Source: an uncultured Opitutales bacterium (GTDB taxonomy: Bacteria > Verrucomicrobiota > Verrucomicrobiia > Opitutales > Intestinicryptomonadaceae). From it: DNA of 64,000 nt. Positions within the stretch are counted from its first letter, which is position 1. Every line of letters begins with the position of its first letter. A model generated the notes under the pieces. It made no database searches. It saw only the letters and a program-made list of their open reading frames with translations, and was not told where the DNA came from. Below, one piece after another: positions 1 through 9,463 of this stretch. The stretch spans positions 30,167 to 94,166 of the forward strand of contig URJY01000003.1 in the NCBI GenBank assembly GCA_900548275.1, written 5' to 3'. The translations under genes and the position numbers were made by a program.

Positions 1-1384
1 CAAACCCGAGCATTGCGGGCAGCCACGGCTTGATGTCGTAGCCGCGCCGTTTCTCGAATTGCTCGGCGAAGTCGTCCGTCCAGTTCTGCCCGCCGACCTC
101 GTAGCTGTCGATTGTGGCGTAGCGCATCGAGCCGCCGAAATCGGCTTCGAGCTTTTTCATAAAATGCGGCCAGTGCGCGTCGAGCCCGCGCCGCGAGAGC
201 TTGTCGCACTCAAGCCCCTTGAATTGGGTGGGAGCGTTTTTCGCGCCGGTCGAAGTGTAGCCTATGCGCAGGACAATCCAGTTGCCGTCGGGCAGATTCA
301 CCGTACCCTCGCCGTTTTCGAAATTTGCGGTGATGTCGAGAATTGAATCTTTCGAAAGCCCGCGCCTGTTTTCGTCTTCCGCTTTCGGCGCGACAAACCC
401 GATTCTCTGCGCGAGCGAATTTTTGAAATCGATATCGGACACCATCCGTTCGGAAAGCAGACGCACGTTTTTCAAATTTATATCCTTCGGCTTTTCCCAC
501 TCGTGAAACGACTTCGCCGTCGTAAATTCGAATTTGAAGAACTTCGCCCGCGCGCCGTTTTCGGAAAGCGGTACGAACTTGGGCGTACACTTATCGTTGT
601 AAATCGACGCGGTGTATTCGCCGACTTTAGAGTAGTTTTTGCCGTCGTCGGAAGCCGAAATGTCGACGCTCACATACAGTCCGCGACTGTCGAAAGTAAG
701 TTCGGCAAATTTTGCGTTGTACGGGTTTTTGAATTCGAAAACGAGCGTGTTTTTCGCGCCTTTTTTCGAAAGCGGCAGGCGGACGGTCTTTGCGTTTTCG
801 CCAACGACATTCTGCGGATTGTCGAAGTCGGCGGAGACTTTCGGCGCGGGCATTTTCCTGCCGCCTCGAACCGCGAGCACGGCGACATCGCGGTAGAAGC
901 CCTCCACCGTGCGCGGCTGCGGAAGCTTGAGCGTATGTTCGCCGCCGACTACACGCGTTTCGGAGGCGACAAGCATTTTCATAGAATCTTCGGGCTTAAT
1001 CCACGGGCCGCCCGAGCTTGACCACCCCGGGCAGTTGTGCGCGCCGAGCCTCAAACCGAGCCGCTTTGCCTCGCGACCCGCGTGGCGCATTAGTTCGCGC
1101 CAGTTGTCGTCGAGAATCTGTATCTTCGGCATTCCCGTGGCGGTCTGGTTGACGAGCGAAAACACGTGCGCGCCGCCGTAGCCGACTTCCTTCAAGGCTT
1201 CGAGGTCGGCGGTAATTCCCTCCTTGGTAATTGCATTCGTGGTGAAGTGCCACCAAGTTTCAAGCTTTGCGTCCTGCGGCGGATTGAGAAAGTCGGCGCG
1301 AACTGCGTCGAAATCGGCATATGAAACCGAAACAAAAGCGGAAAGCCCCGCAAGTAAAATAGTAGAATAGTAAGGTTTTATCAT
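1..1384 (-). CDS. Secreted glycoside hydrolase-like protein, 5' part only; gene continues beyond window start
   Basis: Hand translation of minus strand from ATG at 1384 gives MIKPYYSTILLAGLSAFVSVSYA (signal peptide), then an uninterrupted reading frame to position 1 with carbohydrate-active-enzyme-like segments (EALKEVGYGGAHVFS, CPGWSSSGGPW). The ORF track does not list it because it runs off the edge. Family assignment (GH106/GH2-like) is from memory only. Confidence 0.55.
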   Translation of the reverse strand, partial: MIKPYYSTILLAGLSAFVSVSYADFDAVRADFLNPPQDAKLETWWHFTTNAITKEGITADLEALKEVGYGGAHVFSLVNQTATGMPKIQILDDNWRELMRHAGREAKRLGLRLGAHNCPGWSSSGGPWIKPEDSMKMLVASETRVVGGEHTLKLPQPRTVEGFYRDVAVLAVRGGRKMPAPKVSADFDNPQNVVGENAKTVRLPLSKKGAKNTLVFEFKNPYNAKFAELTFDSRGLYVSVDISASDDGKNYSKVGEYTASIYNDKCTPKFVPLSENGARAKFFKFEFTTAKSFHEWEKPKDINLKNVRLLSERMVSDIDFKNSLAQRIGFVAPKAEDENRRGLSKDSILDITANFENGEGTVNLPDGNWIVLRIGYTSTGAKNAPTQFKGLECDKLSRRGLDAHWPHFMKKLEADFGGSMRYATIDSYEVGGQNWTDDFAEQFEKRRGYDIKPWLPAMLGF

Positions 1385-1443
1385 AAGTGTATGCTAAAAC
1401 AGCGAAACATTACATTCAATCATAAAAACGAACAAACACAGAT

Positions 1444-1558
1444 GCAGGCTGGAGCCTTCACGCCGTTGCGGGGGCTTCACCCCCGAGTGGGCATTTTGCT
1501 TCGCAAAATAACCGCCCACATTCCCCACCGAACTTCGTTCGATTCCATCGAACAAGTA
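1444..1558. repeat. Structured intergenic repeat 'element A', copy 1; second copy at 43679..43793
   Basis: About 115 nt, roughly 88% identical to 43679..43793. Nested hairpins, e.g. gtgggcattttgc/gcaaaataaccgcccac and gcggggg-loop-cccccg. Loop sequences differ between copies while stems are kept. Confidence 0.6.
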
Positions 1559-1763
1559 TATCAAACAGGTTTCGGAAAAAACAAAATAAGTTCGAAAATC
1601 CGAAGCCATTGCGAAGCAATGCGAACTTATACACAAAAGGCGCGACTATAGTCGCGCCGCAGTATCACAAGTAGGAACGAAGTTCCGACGGCGTGCAGGC
1701 ACCTGCCTGCCCTTGCAAAAAAGGCTTCCATTTCTTTAAAAAGTCGTCATTGTTTGAATTGAT

Positions 1764-2510
1764 ATGGAACTAAATTATTCGGGAAAAGTTGCGCTTGTCA
1801 GCGGGGCGGGACGCGGTATCGGCAGGGCGATTGCCGTGGAACTTGCGAACGCGGGCTGCACGGTTCTTTGCGTCAGTAAAAACATTTCGTCCTGCGGAAA
1901 GGTCGCAGACGAAATCAACGCATCGGGCGGAAAAGCCGAGGCGTGGGCATTCGACGTGTCGAAATCGGCGGAAGTGAAAGACGCCTGCACACAAATCCTC
2001 AAAAAATACGACGCAGTAGACATCATCGTAAACAACGCAGGCATCACACGCGACAACCTGCTTATGCGAATGTCGGACGAAGAATGGGAAAGCGTGATTT
2101 CGACAAACCTTTCGTCGTGCTTCTATATCGTGCGCAACCTCGTGCGCGCAATGATGGGCAACCGACGCGGACGAATCATAAACATCGCATCGGTGTCGGG
2201 TCAGGCGGGCAATGCGGGACAGACAAACTACGCGGCGGCAAAGGCCGGCATTATCGGCTTTACGAAGTCGCTGGCGCGCGAACTGGCGGCGCGAAACATC
2301 ACGGCAAACGCAATCGCCCCCGGGTTCATCGACACCGATATGACGGCGGTTCTTCCGCCCGCAATCGTGGAGGCGGCAAAGGCGAATATCCCGCTCAAAC
2401 GCACGGGCAAGGTCGAAGACATCGCAAAAATCTGCGCATTCCTCGCATCCGACGAAGCGGGCTATATCACGGGACAGACAATAGCGGTAAACGGCGGTCT
2501 GTACATGTAA
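1764..2510 (+). CDS. fabG: 3-oxoacyl-[acyl-carrier-protein] reductase (SDR family)
   Basis: 248 aa; N-terminal GxGxxG-type SDR motif (VALVSGAGRGIGRAIA), NNAG, and YAAAKAG active-site Tyr/Lys typical of FabG. Confidence 0.9.
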   Translation: MELNYSGKVALVSGAGRGIGRAIAVELANAGCTVLCVSKNISSCGKVADEINASGGKAEAWAFDVSKSAEVKDACTQILKKYDAVDIIVNNAGITRDNLLMRMSDEEWESVISTNLSSCFYIVRNLVRAMMGNRRGRIINIASVSGQAGNAGQTNYAAAKAGIIGFTKSLARELAARNITANAIAPGFIDTDMTAVLPPAIVEAAKANIPLKRTGKVEDIAKICAFLASDEAGYITGQTIAVNGGLYM

Positions 2511-2551
2511 TTTTTTTATCGAACAATAAACAACAACAAATACTATTATAT

Positions 2552-3952
2552 ATGATTAACAGAAGAAAATTCATCAAGTCGGCAACGACGGCGGCAACTG
2601 CGGCAATGTTCTTCCCCGGATGCTCGTCGACACCCAAGCCGAAGAAAATCGGCGCAAACGAAAAAATCAACGTCGCATTCGTCGGCGTCGGCAACATCGG
2701 CGCAATGGCACGCGGCGGCATGATAAACGAAAACGGAGTGGCACTCTGCGACGTAGACCTTACCATGGCGCGTCAGGGTCTGAAACAATACCCCAAGGCA
2801 AAAATCTTCCAAGACTACCGCGAAATGCTCGACAAGCTCGGCAAGGAAATCGACGCGGTTTGCGTATCCACGCCCGACCACTCGCACTTCAAAATTACGC
2901 TCGACTCGATGCAGTGCGGCAAACACGTCTGCGTGCAAAAACCCCTTACACACAACATCTGGCAGTGCCGCGAACTCGAACGCGCCCGCCAGTACTACGG
3001 CGTACAAACCCAGATGATGAATCAAGGGCACGCAACCGAGCAAATCAGAATGCTCAAGGAATGGTACGACAGCGGCATAACTGGCGACGTACGCGAAGTC
3101 CACGTTATGTGCAGCGGCCCCAAGTGGTGGGACGGCGACCCCAAGCGCACGCCTTACTTCGTAAAGCCCAAGTCGATGCCCATCACCAAACAGCCCATTC
3201 CCTCGGAACTCAACTGGGATTTGTGGATAAATCAGGGCAAATTTACCGACTACAACCGCATCTACGCACCGCTTAGCTGGCGCGGATTCTGGGACTACGG
3301 CACGGGTATGCTCGGCGACTGGTTCTGCCACACGGCGGACGCCCCCGTCTGGATTCTCGACCTCAAAGACCCCGTCTCGGTGGAACTTGTCGACGCAAAG
3401 TGCACATACGACCAAAACGTGTTCATCCCCGACGCGTCGACGGTAAAGTGGACATTCGCCGCAACCGACAAACACCCCGAACTGGTTATGTACTGGTACG
3501 ACGGCGCGCGCGAACCCATCACACGCCCGCACGACTTCGAAAAAGACCGCCCGCTGCTGAAGTCGGGTATGTATATGATTGGCGACAAGCGCACAATCCA
3601 CACTGGCTCGCGCCCGAACTTCGACCCGCGCGTCTCCAACGACAAATTCTTCAACGAATTCCGCAAAAACCGTCCGCCTAAGACAATCCCCAGAGTCCGC
3701 AAGGGCAATCTCTATCTGGAGTGGTGCGACGCAATCAGGGGCGACATCAAGGAATGCGGCTCGAACTTCAAATACGCTTCGCAGCTTACGGAAGTTGCAT
3801 TGCTCGGCGCACTCGTGCAGCGCGTCGGCGGCAAGATTGAATGGGACGCTAAGAATATGCGCGCCAAGAACCGCCCCGAACTCGACACACTCATCCGCGA
3901 ACCCGAACGCAAGGGCTGGGAATCCAAGTCTTTCGGCGGCTTGTTCGCGTAA
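2552..3952 (+). CDS. Gfo/Idh/MocA-family oxidoreductase with twin-arginine (TAT) signal
   Basis: Start moved to in-frame ATG at 2552 (MINRRKFIKSATTAATAAMFFPGC = RR TAT signal). VAFVGVGNIGAMARGG Rossmann motif and downstream Gfo/Idh/MocA-like region. The upstream 200 aa of the tracked ORF overlaps fabG and is Arg-rich junk. Confidence 0.85.
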   Translation: MINRRKFIKSATTAATAAMFFPGCSSTPKPKKIGANEKINVAFVGVGNIGAMARGGMINENGVALCDVDLTMARQGLKQYPKAKIFQDYREMLDKLGKEIDAVCVSTPDHSHFKITLDSMQCGKHVCVQKPLTHNIWQCRELERARQYYGVQTQMMNQGHATEQIRMLKEWYDSGITGDVREVHVMCSGPKWWDGDPKRTPYFVKPKSMPITKQPIPSELNWDLWINQGKFTDYNRIYAPLSWRGFWDYGTGMLGDWFCHTADAPVWILDLKDPVSVELVDAKCTYDQNVFIPDASTVKWTFAATDKHPELVMYWYDGAREPITRPHDFEKDRPLLKSGMYMIGDKRTIHTGSRPNFDPRVSNDKFFNEFRKNRPPKTIPRVRKGNLYLEWCDAIRGDIKECGSNFKYASQLTEVALLGALVQRVGGKIEWDAKNMRAKNRPELDTLIREPERKGWESKSFGGLFA

Positions 3953-3993
3953 GAGTGGGGCGAAAGTTTTTCGGAATAAATCGCGGATGGCCT

Positions 3994-4016
3994 ATGCGGG
4001 CTGTCCGCTTTTTTTG
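3994..4016 (+). terminator. Rho-independent terminator-like hairpin plus T-run after the oxidoreductase gene
   Basis: gcgggctgtccgc stem-loop followed by ttttttt. Confidence 0.5.
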
Positions 4017-4184
4017 CGGTTGTCGGCGGACACAGTGGAGATCGTCGGCAAAATAATTCCGATAAAAAGAGCCGAAGAGGCGCGGCGGCACGGGCAGGAT
4101 GCACGACAATTTGATTCGTCGGCGTGTTGTGGAGTAGTGCGCTTTTTTCTTGACTCTTTTTTTCGGGTAATACAAAAATCGTTC

Positions 4185-4199
4185 CGTTTAACTTAAACG
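4185..4199. promoter_or_regulatory. Perfect 15-bp palindrome (cgtttaacttaaacg) 25 bp upstream of the GH92 gene; candidate operator
   Basis: Read directly: cgtttaa-c-ttaaacg, with cgtttaac also repeated directly at 4198..4205. Confidence 0.4.
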
Positions 4200-4222
4200 T
4201 TTAACTTTATTTCTGCATATAT

Positions 4223-6394
4223 ATGAAAAACGGGTTTGCATTTCTTGCGGGGTTGCTGTTTGCCGCATCGCTTTTCGGCGCGGAGGATTGCGCCAAGTTT
4301 GTCGATGTGAAAATCGGTACGGCGGGTACGGGGCACACGTACCCAGGGGTTGTCGCGCCGTTCGGCATGGTTCAGCCAAGCCCCGAAACGGGCTATTCAA
4401 CATGGCGCTATTGCTCGGGCTACCACAACGACGACCTGCGCATTCTCTCTTTCGGTCAGACCCACCTTTCGGGCACGGGCTGCCCCGACAGCGGCGACGC
4501 GGCGTTCATTCCCTTCACGGGCAATCCCGTCAAAACGGACTATTCGAGCGCGTTCAAAAAGGAGAACGAAATCGCGGAGGTCGGTAAATATTCGGTCGTC
4601 TTGGACGACGCGAAAGCGAAGGTCGAAATCACCGCAACCGACAGGGTCGCCCTCTACAGAATCAAGTTTCTTGCCGACGGCGGCGGGTTGTTCTTCGACT
4701 TCCAGACTGGCATGGTCGGCAAGCTGCCGAACCGCGTTCTCGAAAGCGACATCAGGCTTGTAGACGATTATACTATTGTCGGCACGCAGAAAGTCCGCTC
4801 GTTCACGCGCCGCGACATCAGTTTTGCCGTTAGGTTCGACAAACCCGTAAAAAAGCTTATCGAAATCGAGCGTCCCAAAAACCACAAAGCCCCGCGCTGG
4901 GCTTTGGATTTCGGCTTGAAGTCGGGCGAAACGCTTTTTGTAAAATGCGCGGTTTCGACGGTCTCGACCGACGGCGCGCTCGCGAACCTGAACACCCTGC
5001 AAAATTGGGACTTCGATTCCGTCGCAGCCAAGACCCGCGCCGATTGGAACGACCTGCTTTCCAAGTTCGACGTTTCCGCAACGCCCGACCAGAAGAAAAT
5101 ATTTTATACCGCAGTCTATCACTCGTTCATTTCGCCCAACAATATTGCCGACGTCGACGGACGTTATCGCGGCGCGGACGGCAAAGTTGCGACGGCGTCG
5201 AACGCCTCGAAGCACTACTACACCAACCTTTCTCTGTGGGACACATACCGCGCGGTGATTCCGCTTACTTCAATCGTCCGCCCGCAGATTCTGCCCGAAT
5301 TTGCGAACTCTATGCTCGACCACTTCGACGCGGCGGGCGTGCTGCCCACAAACGCCTATTGGGGCAAGGAAACGTGGTGCATGATTGGCAATCACGCAAT
5401 TTCGGTAATCGCGGGCTGCATTCAGCGCGGGCAGGACGGCTTCGACAAACGCCGCGCCCTCAACGCAATGATTGTTTCGTCCGAAAAAGACCACCGCAAG
5501 AGCGACTTTTCGATACTCGACAAATTCGGCTATTATCCGTTCGATTTGTGCAATCCCGAATCTGTTTCCAAGACGCTCGAAAACTGTCAGGGCGACTACG
5601 CGCTGTCGAAAGCCGCCGAAATTATGGGCGAAACCGCCGTCGCCGAAAAGTTCGCCCGACGCGCCCAAAACTATAAAAACCTTTTCGACAAGAGCACGAA
5701 TTTTATGCGCGGCAAAGACTCGAAAGGCAAGTGGCGCGAGCCGTTCAACCCCTTCGAATTTTCGCACGCCGAAAGCTTCGGGGGCGACTACACCGAAGGC
5801 AACGCGTGGCAATACACATTCCACGTTCAGCACGACCCCTACGGACTTATCGCGCTCTTCGGTTCGCCCGAAAAGTTCGTCGCCGCAGTCGATTCCATGT
5901 TCGCCGCCGCCGACACGCGCAAAGAGGGTACTTATAAAAAGAGCGCGGACATCAGCGGCATGATTGGGCAGTACGTGCACGGCAACGAGCCGAGCCACCA
6001 CATTCCGTACCTCTTCGCGCTCGCCGACCGCCCCGACAGAACGGCGGAAATCGTGCGCGAAATCTGCTCAACCCTCTACACAACCGCGCCCGACGGGCTT
6101 TGCGGCAACGACGACTGCGGGCAAATGAGCGCGTGGTATATCTTTTCGTCGATGGGCTTCTATCCGCTCGACCCAAACTCGCTTGAATACGTTCTGGGCG
6201 CGCCGCAGGTGGAGCGCGTCGTTATGACATTGCCCGACGGAAAGAAGTTTGAAGTTGTGGCGCACGGACTTTCCGAGGAAAACAAGTATGTGAAGTCTGT
6301 AAAACTCAACGGCAAGCCCTATAATAAAAAGACGCTCTCGCACGCCGACATACTCGCGGGCGGCAAGCTCGAATTCCACATGGGCGCAAAGTAG
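4223..6394 (+). CDS. Glycoside hydrolase family 92 alpha-1,2-mannosidase-like, secreted
   Basis: 723 aa; signal peptide. N-terminal GTAGTGHTYPGVVAPFGMVQPSPET block is the GH92 signature as I recall it. Confidence 0.85.
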   Translation: MKNGFAFLAGLLFAASLFGAEDCAKFVDVKIGTAGTGHTYPGVVAPFGMVQPSPETGYSTWRYCSGYHNDDLRILSFGQTHLSGTGCPDSGDAAFIPFTGNPVKTDYSSAFKKENEIAEVGKYSVVLDDAKAKVEITATDRVALYRIKFLADGGGLFFDFQTGMVGKLPNRVLESDIRLVDDYTIVGTQKVRSFTRRDISFAVRFDKPVKKLIEIERPKNHKAPRWALDFGLKSGETLFVKCAVSTVSTDGALANLNTLQNWDFDSVAAKTRADWNDLLSKFDVSATPDQKKIFYTAVYHSFISPNNIADVDGRYRGADGKVATASNASKHYYTNLSLWDTYRAVIPLTSIVRPQILPEFANSMLDHFDAAGVLPTNAYWGKETWCMIGNHAISVIAGCIQRGQDGFDKRRALNAMIVSSEKDHRKSDFSILDKFGYYPFDLCNPESVSKTLENCQGDYALSKAAEIMGETAVAEKFARRAQNYKNLFDKSTNFMRGKDSKGKWREPFNPFEFSHAESFGGDYTEGNAWQYTFHVQHDPYGLIALFGSPEKFVAAVDSMFAAADTRKEGTYKKSADISGMIGQYVHGNEPSHHIPYLFALADRPDRTAEIVREICSTLYTTAPDGLCGNDDCGQMSAWYIFSSMGFYPLDPNSLEYVLGAPQVERVVMTLPDGKKFEVVAHGLSEENKYVKSVKLNGKPYNKKTLSHADILAGGKLEFHMGAK

Positions 6395-6596
6395 GGCACG
6401 TCCCCGAAAAATTAAACACACACACAAAGCGGCGGAGGCGCATTCGGTGCATTCCGCCGTTTTTGTTTGAACGCGCAATTTGCCGCGCGAGAATTTTGTT
6501 TACCAACCGCCTTTTTTATGTAGCGTTCTTCGGTATGAAAACGGATTTGCAGACGGTTTGCGAAAGCGCGGCGCGTTCCGTTCGGAGACCGTCAAA

Positions 6597-6965
6597 ATGA
6601 AAGAGTTTTTGCCTTATTACGACGAAATCAAATTTGCGGGGCACTGCACTTGTGCGCTCGCCTCCACTTTTATCGGTGGCATTGCCGTCTATTTGGGTTC
6701 CAAAGTTTGGGGCGGGCGGACGGGCTTCGACACATCGTTTTGTTTCGCGCTTTTTGCGGCGGTTGCAATCTGGATTCTGCCGTTCTATGCGTTTGTTCCG
6801 CACCGATATTCGCAGTGGATTGTCCTTGCGGTCTTCGTCTCGACGCGGTTTGTCCTTGCGCGGCTCGACGCAAAGTCCGCGAAAATTTCGTTTCGACTTT
6901 GGCTTGCATACGGGCTGTCGCAGGCGATACTCTTCGGCATAGTCTATTACAATTTGAACCAATGA
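6597..6965 (+). CDS. Small integral membrane protein (hypothetical)
   Basis: Internal start MKEFLPYYDEIKF. About 4 hydrophobic helices. Stop overlaps the next start as ATGA (6962-6965), i.e. translationally coupled to the M20 peptidase. Confidence 0.5.
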   Translation: MKEFLPYYDEIKFAGHCTCALASTFIGGIAVYLGSKVWGGRTGFDTSFCFALFAAVAIWILPFYAFVPHRYSQWIVLAVFVSTRFVLARLDAKSAKISFRLWLAYGLSQAILFGIVYYNLNQ

Positions 6966-8344
6966 AATTCGACATCGTAAAATTTATTTCGGAACTCGTT
7001 AAATTCGAAAGCGTATCCGCCGACTCCTCGCGGGCTTCACAGGTGTCGGCGTGCGCCGATTTTCTCGCCGACAGTCTGCGCGGGTTCGGCTTCGATTCCC
7101 GCATCGAAAAAACCGCGCTGCATCCGATTGTTTTTGCAACGCGCAAGTGTGCGGCGGGCGAACCGAAAATACGCATACTCTGCTACGGGCACTACGATGT
7201 GCAGCCGACCGACCCCATTGAAAAGTGGCACACAAAGCCGTTCGAGGCGGTCGTGCGCGACGGAAAAATCTGGGGGCGCGGAACGGCGGACAACAAGGGA
7301 CCGTTCTCGTGTCTGCTCGGAGGATTGCTCGCGTTTCTCGAAAAACATCCCGATGCGCCGCTCGACTTGGGCATAATGCTCGAAGGCGAAGAGGAAATCG
7401 GCAGCCCGAGTATGGAAAAGTTCATTTCCGAACACGCCGATTTAATCGGCGGCTACGATTTGCTTTTGCTCAGCGACACTTCCGCCGCCTCCGCCGACAC
7501 CCCCATTCTGACAATCGGGCTGCGCGGAACGGGCAGTTTCGACGCCGTTTTCAAAGGTCCGAATACCGACATCCATTCGGGAATGTTCGGCGGCATGGTT
7601 TACAATCCGATTCAGGCGATGTTCGAAGTGTGCGCGTCGCTGCACGGCGCGGACGGGCTGATAAACATCGACGGATTCTACGACGGGCTCGGGAAAATGG
7701 GGCAGTGGGAGCGCGACGAAATCGCGAAAAATCCGTTCGGCGAAAACGAAGTAAAGTCGCTGTTGGGTGTGGATGCGCTCTATCGCCAGCGCGGCTGTTC
7801 GCCCGCGGAGGCTGTGCGCGCGCTGCCGACAGTCGAGTTCACGGGAATAGGCGGCGGCTATCAGGGCGAGGGCGCGAAGTCGGTGATTCCGTCCGAATGT
7901 TTCTGCAAAATCTCGTGCCGCACGGTTGCGCCGCAGAAGACATACGATGTCATAAAACTCGTCCAGAAGACTATGCGCGAGCGCACGCCCGATGGAATCG
8001 AAATTTCGTTCGTCGACTACGATTCCTACGGCGACGCGTATTTTCTCGACCCCGAAAAATGCGGCGGCGACAGGCACGGAAAAGTTCTCGCGAAGGCGTT
8101 CGAGGCGGTCGGCGAGTGCTCCGAGAAATCGTTCGGCAAAAAGCCGCTTTATCTGCGGGAGGGCGCGAGCATTCCGCTGATTTCGCGGATTAAAAACGAA
8201 ACGGGGCTGGATTCGCTGATGTTCGGCTTGTTCACCGCCGCCGACAATCTGCACGCGCCCAACGAAGGTTTCCCGCTTGCGACAATCGAGCGCGCCGTGA
8301 AATATTACGAAATGTTCTTCGAAAAAATGGCTGATTGCCGATAA
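6962..8344 (+). CDS. M20-family metallopeptidase (dipeptidase / ArgE-DapE-like)
   Basis: Start at ATG 6962 (MKFDIVKFISELVKFESVSAD). HYDVQP, GRGTADNKG and EGEEEIGS motifs are typical of M20 peptidases. Confidence 0.8.
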   Translation: MKFDIVKFISELVKFESVSADSSRASQVSACADFLADSLRGFGFDSRIEKTALHPIVFATRKCAAGEPKIRILCYGHYDVQPTDPIEKWHTKPFEAVVRDGKIWGRGTADNKGPFSCLLGGLLAFLEKHPDAPLDLGIMLEGEEEIGSPSMEKFISEHADLIGGYDLLLLSDTSAASADTPILTIGLRGTGSFDAVFKGPNTDIHSGMFGGMVYNPIQAMFEVCASLHGADGLINIDGFYDGLGKMGQWERDEIAKNPFGENEVKSLLGVDALYRQRGCSPAEAVRALPTVEFTGIGGGYQGEGAKSVIPSECFCKISCRTVAPQKTYDVIKLVQKTMRERTPDGIEISFVDYDSYGDAYFLDPEKCGGDRHGKVLAKAFEAVGECSEKSFGKKPLYLREGASIPLISRIKNETGLDSLMFGLFTAADNLHAPNEGFPLATIERAVKYYEMFFEKMADCR

Positions 8345-8350
8345 TATATT

Positions 8351-8788
8351 ATGCTAACCTGCACCAAAACATATTTCGACGTTCCCTTCGCCCACAGGCA
8401 GCACCTGCACGACGGGCACTGCTCGTTCGTCCACGGGCACAACTGGGACATTTCCGTAACGTTTGCCTGCGACAAGACCGACGAAAACGGCTTTGTCGTC
8501 GATTTCGGCAAGCTGAAATTTCTGAAAAACTGGATAGACGAAAATCTCGACCACGCCTGCGTTTTCTCGAAGTCCGACCCCCTGTGGCGGACGCTGCGCG
8601 ACGCCGCTCCGCAGGCTTGGAAAATCCGCCTTGCCGACCAGTGCTCGTGCGAGGGGCTTGCAAAGTTCATTTTCGACGAATTCGACAAAATGGTTTCCGA
8701 TGCGACTTCTGCGCGCGTGCGCGTGGTTGCCGTGGAGGTCAGCGAGGACAAGAAAAACACCGCCAGATACGCGGTCGACGCGAAGTGA
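8351..8788 (+). CDS. queD: 6-carboxy-5,6,7,8-tetrahydropterin synthase
   Basis: 145 aa; CxxxHGH motif (HCSFVHGHNW) of the 6-pyruvoyl tetrahydropterin synthase/QueD family. Confidence 0.85.
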   Translation: MLTCTKTYFDVPFAHRQHLHDGHCSFVHGHNWDISVTFACDKTDENGFVVDFGKLKFLKNWIDENLDHACVFSKSDPLWRTLRDAAPQAWKIRLADQCSCEGLAKFIFDEFDKMVSDATSARVRVVAVEVSEDKKNTARYAVDAK

Positions 8789-9411
8789 AAACGGAAAACT
8801 ATCCGATAGCCGAAACTTTTGTATCGGTGCAGGGCGAGGGCGTGCATACGGGGCGGAAAGCCTATTTCGTGCGCCTGTTCGGCTGCAACGTCAAGTGCCC
8901 GTGGTGCGATTCGCAGTCGGCTTGGAACGGACTGCCGACATCGCGTATGGGCGCGGACGAAATCGCGGCGGCTGCTGCGGAATGTTCGCCCGAATTTGCG
9001 GTGGTAACGGGCGGCGAGCCGTGCGTGCACAATTTGCTTCCGCTTCTCGAAAAGTTCGCCGAAGCGAAAGTTGCGGCTCATCTCGAAACTTCGGGAACGC
9101 TCGAAATCCGCGAACGCGGCGACGCCAGATTCGCGTGGGTTGCGGTCAGCCCCAAGCTGTTTTGCCCGCCGCTCGAATCGTCCCTGCAACGCGCCGACGA
9201 GCTGAAATTCATCGTCTCCGATTTGTCGGAACTCGGCGAATACGCGTGCATTGCCGAATCCGCGCCAAACGCAAAGTCGGTCTGGCTGCACCCCGAGTGG
9301 GGCAGAAGCCGAGACCGCGAATTGCTCGACGGCTTGTCGGCTTTCGCCGTAGACCGCGGCGGACGCTACAGACTCGGCTGGCAAATGCACAAATGCTACA
9401 GCGTGCGGTAA
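8785..9411 (+). CDS. queE: 7-carboxy-7-deazaguanine synthase (radical SAM)
   Basis: GTG start overlapping the queD stop (GTGA). Contains CNVKCPWCDS, a QueE-type CxxxCxxC radical-SAM cluster motif, and TGGEP. Confidence 0.8.
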   Translation: MKTENYPIAETFVSVQGEGVHTGRKAYFVRLFGCNVKCPWCDSQSAWNGLPTSRMGADEIAAAAAECSPEFAVVTGGEPCVHNLLPLLEKFAEAKVAAHLETSGTLEIRERGDARFAWVAVSPKLFCPPLESSLQRADELKFIVSDLSELGEYACIAESAPNAKSVWLHPEWGRSRDRELLDGLSAFAVDRGGRYRLGWQMHKCYSVR

Positions 9412-9463
9412 AAAATTTTTCAATCTACTTGCAAACGCGGCGGTCGGTAGTATCGTCGGCGGA

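Noticed and set aside
1391-1651. 86-aa ORFs (and antisense 80-aa ORFs) inside element A copies at 1391..1651 and 43659..43919
   Set aside because: The two copies differ by indels and non-conservative changes at the peptide level while preserving nucleotide-level stems. Treated as structured non-coding repeats.
1943-2551. N-terminal 200 codons of the 669-aa tracked ORF overlapping fabG
   Set aside because: Arg/His-rich low-complexity translation in an alternate frame of fabG. A clean TAT-signal start exists at 2552.
4397-6001. Minus-strand ORFs 4397..5215 and 5270..6001 inside the GH92 gene
   Set aside because: Antisense ORFs typical of GC-rich coding DNA. The plus-strand GH92 frame has clear family motifs.
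7225-8193. 322-aa Arg-rich ORF in an alternate frame of the M20 peptidase gene
   Set aside because: Composition (R/G/A repeats) typical of off-frame GC-rich translation.
8351-9411. queD-queE as part of a DNA 7-deazaguanine (Dpd-like) modification system
   Set aside because: No adjacent DpdA/tgt-like or helicase genes. Standard GC content and housekeeping neighbours favour ordinary queuosine biosynthesis.
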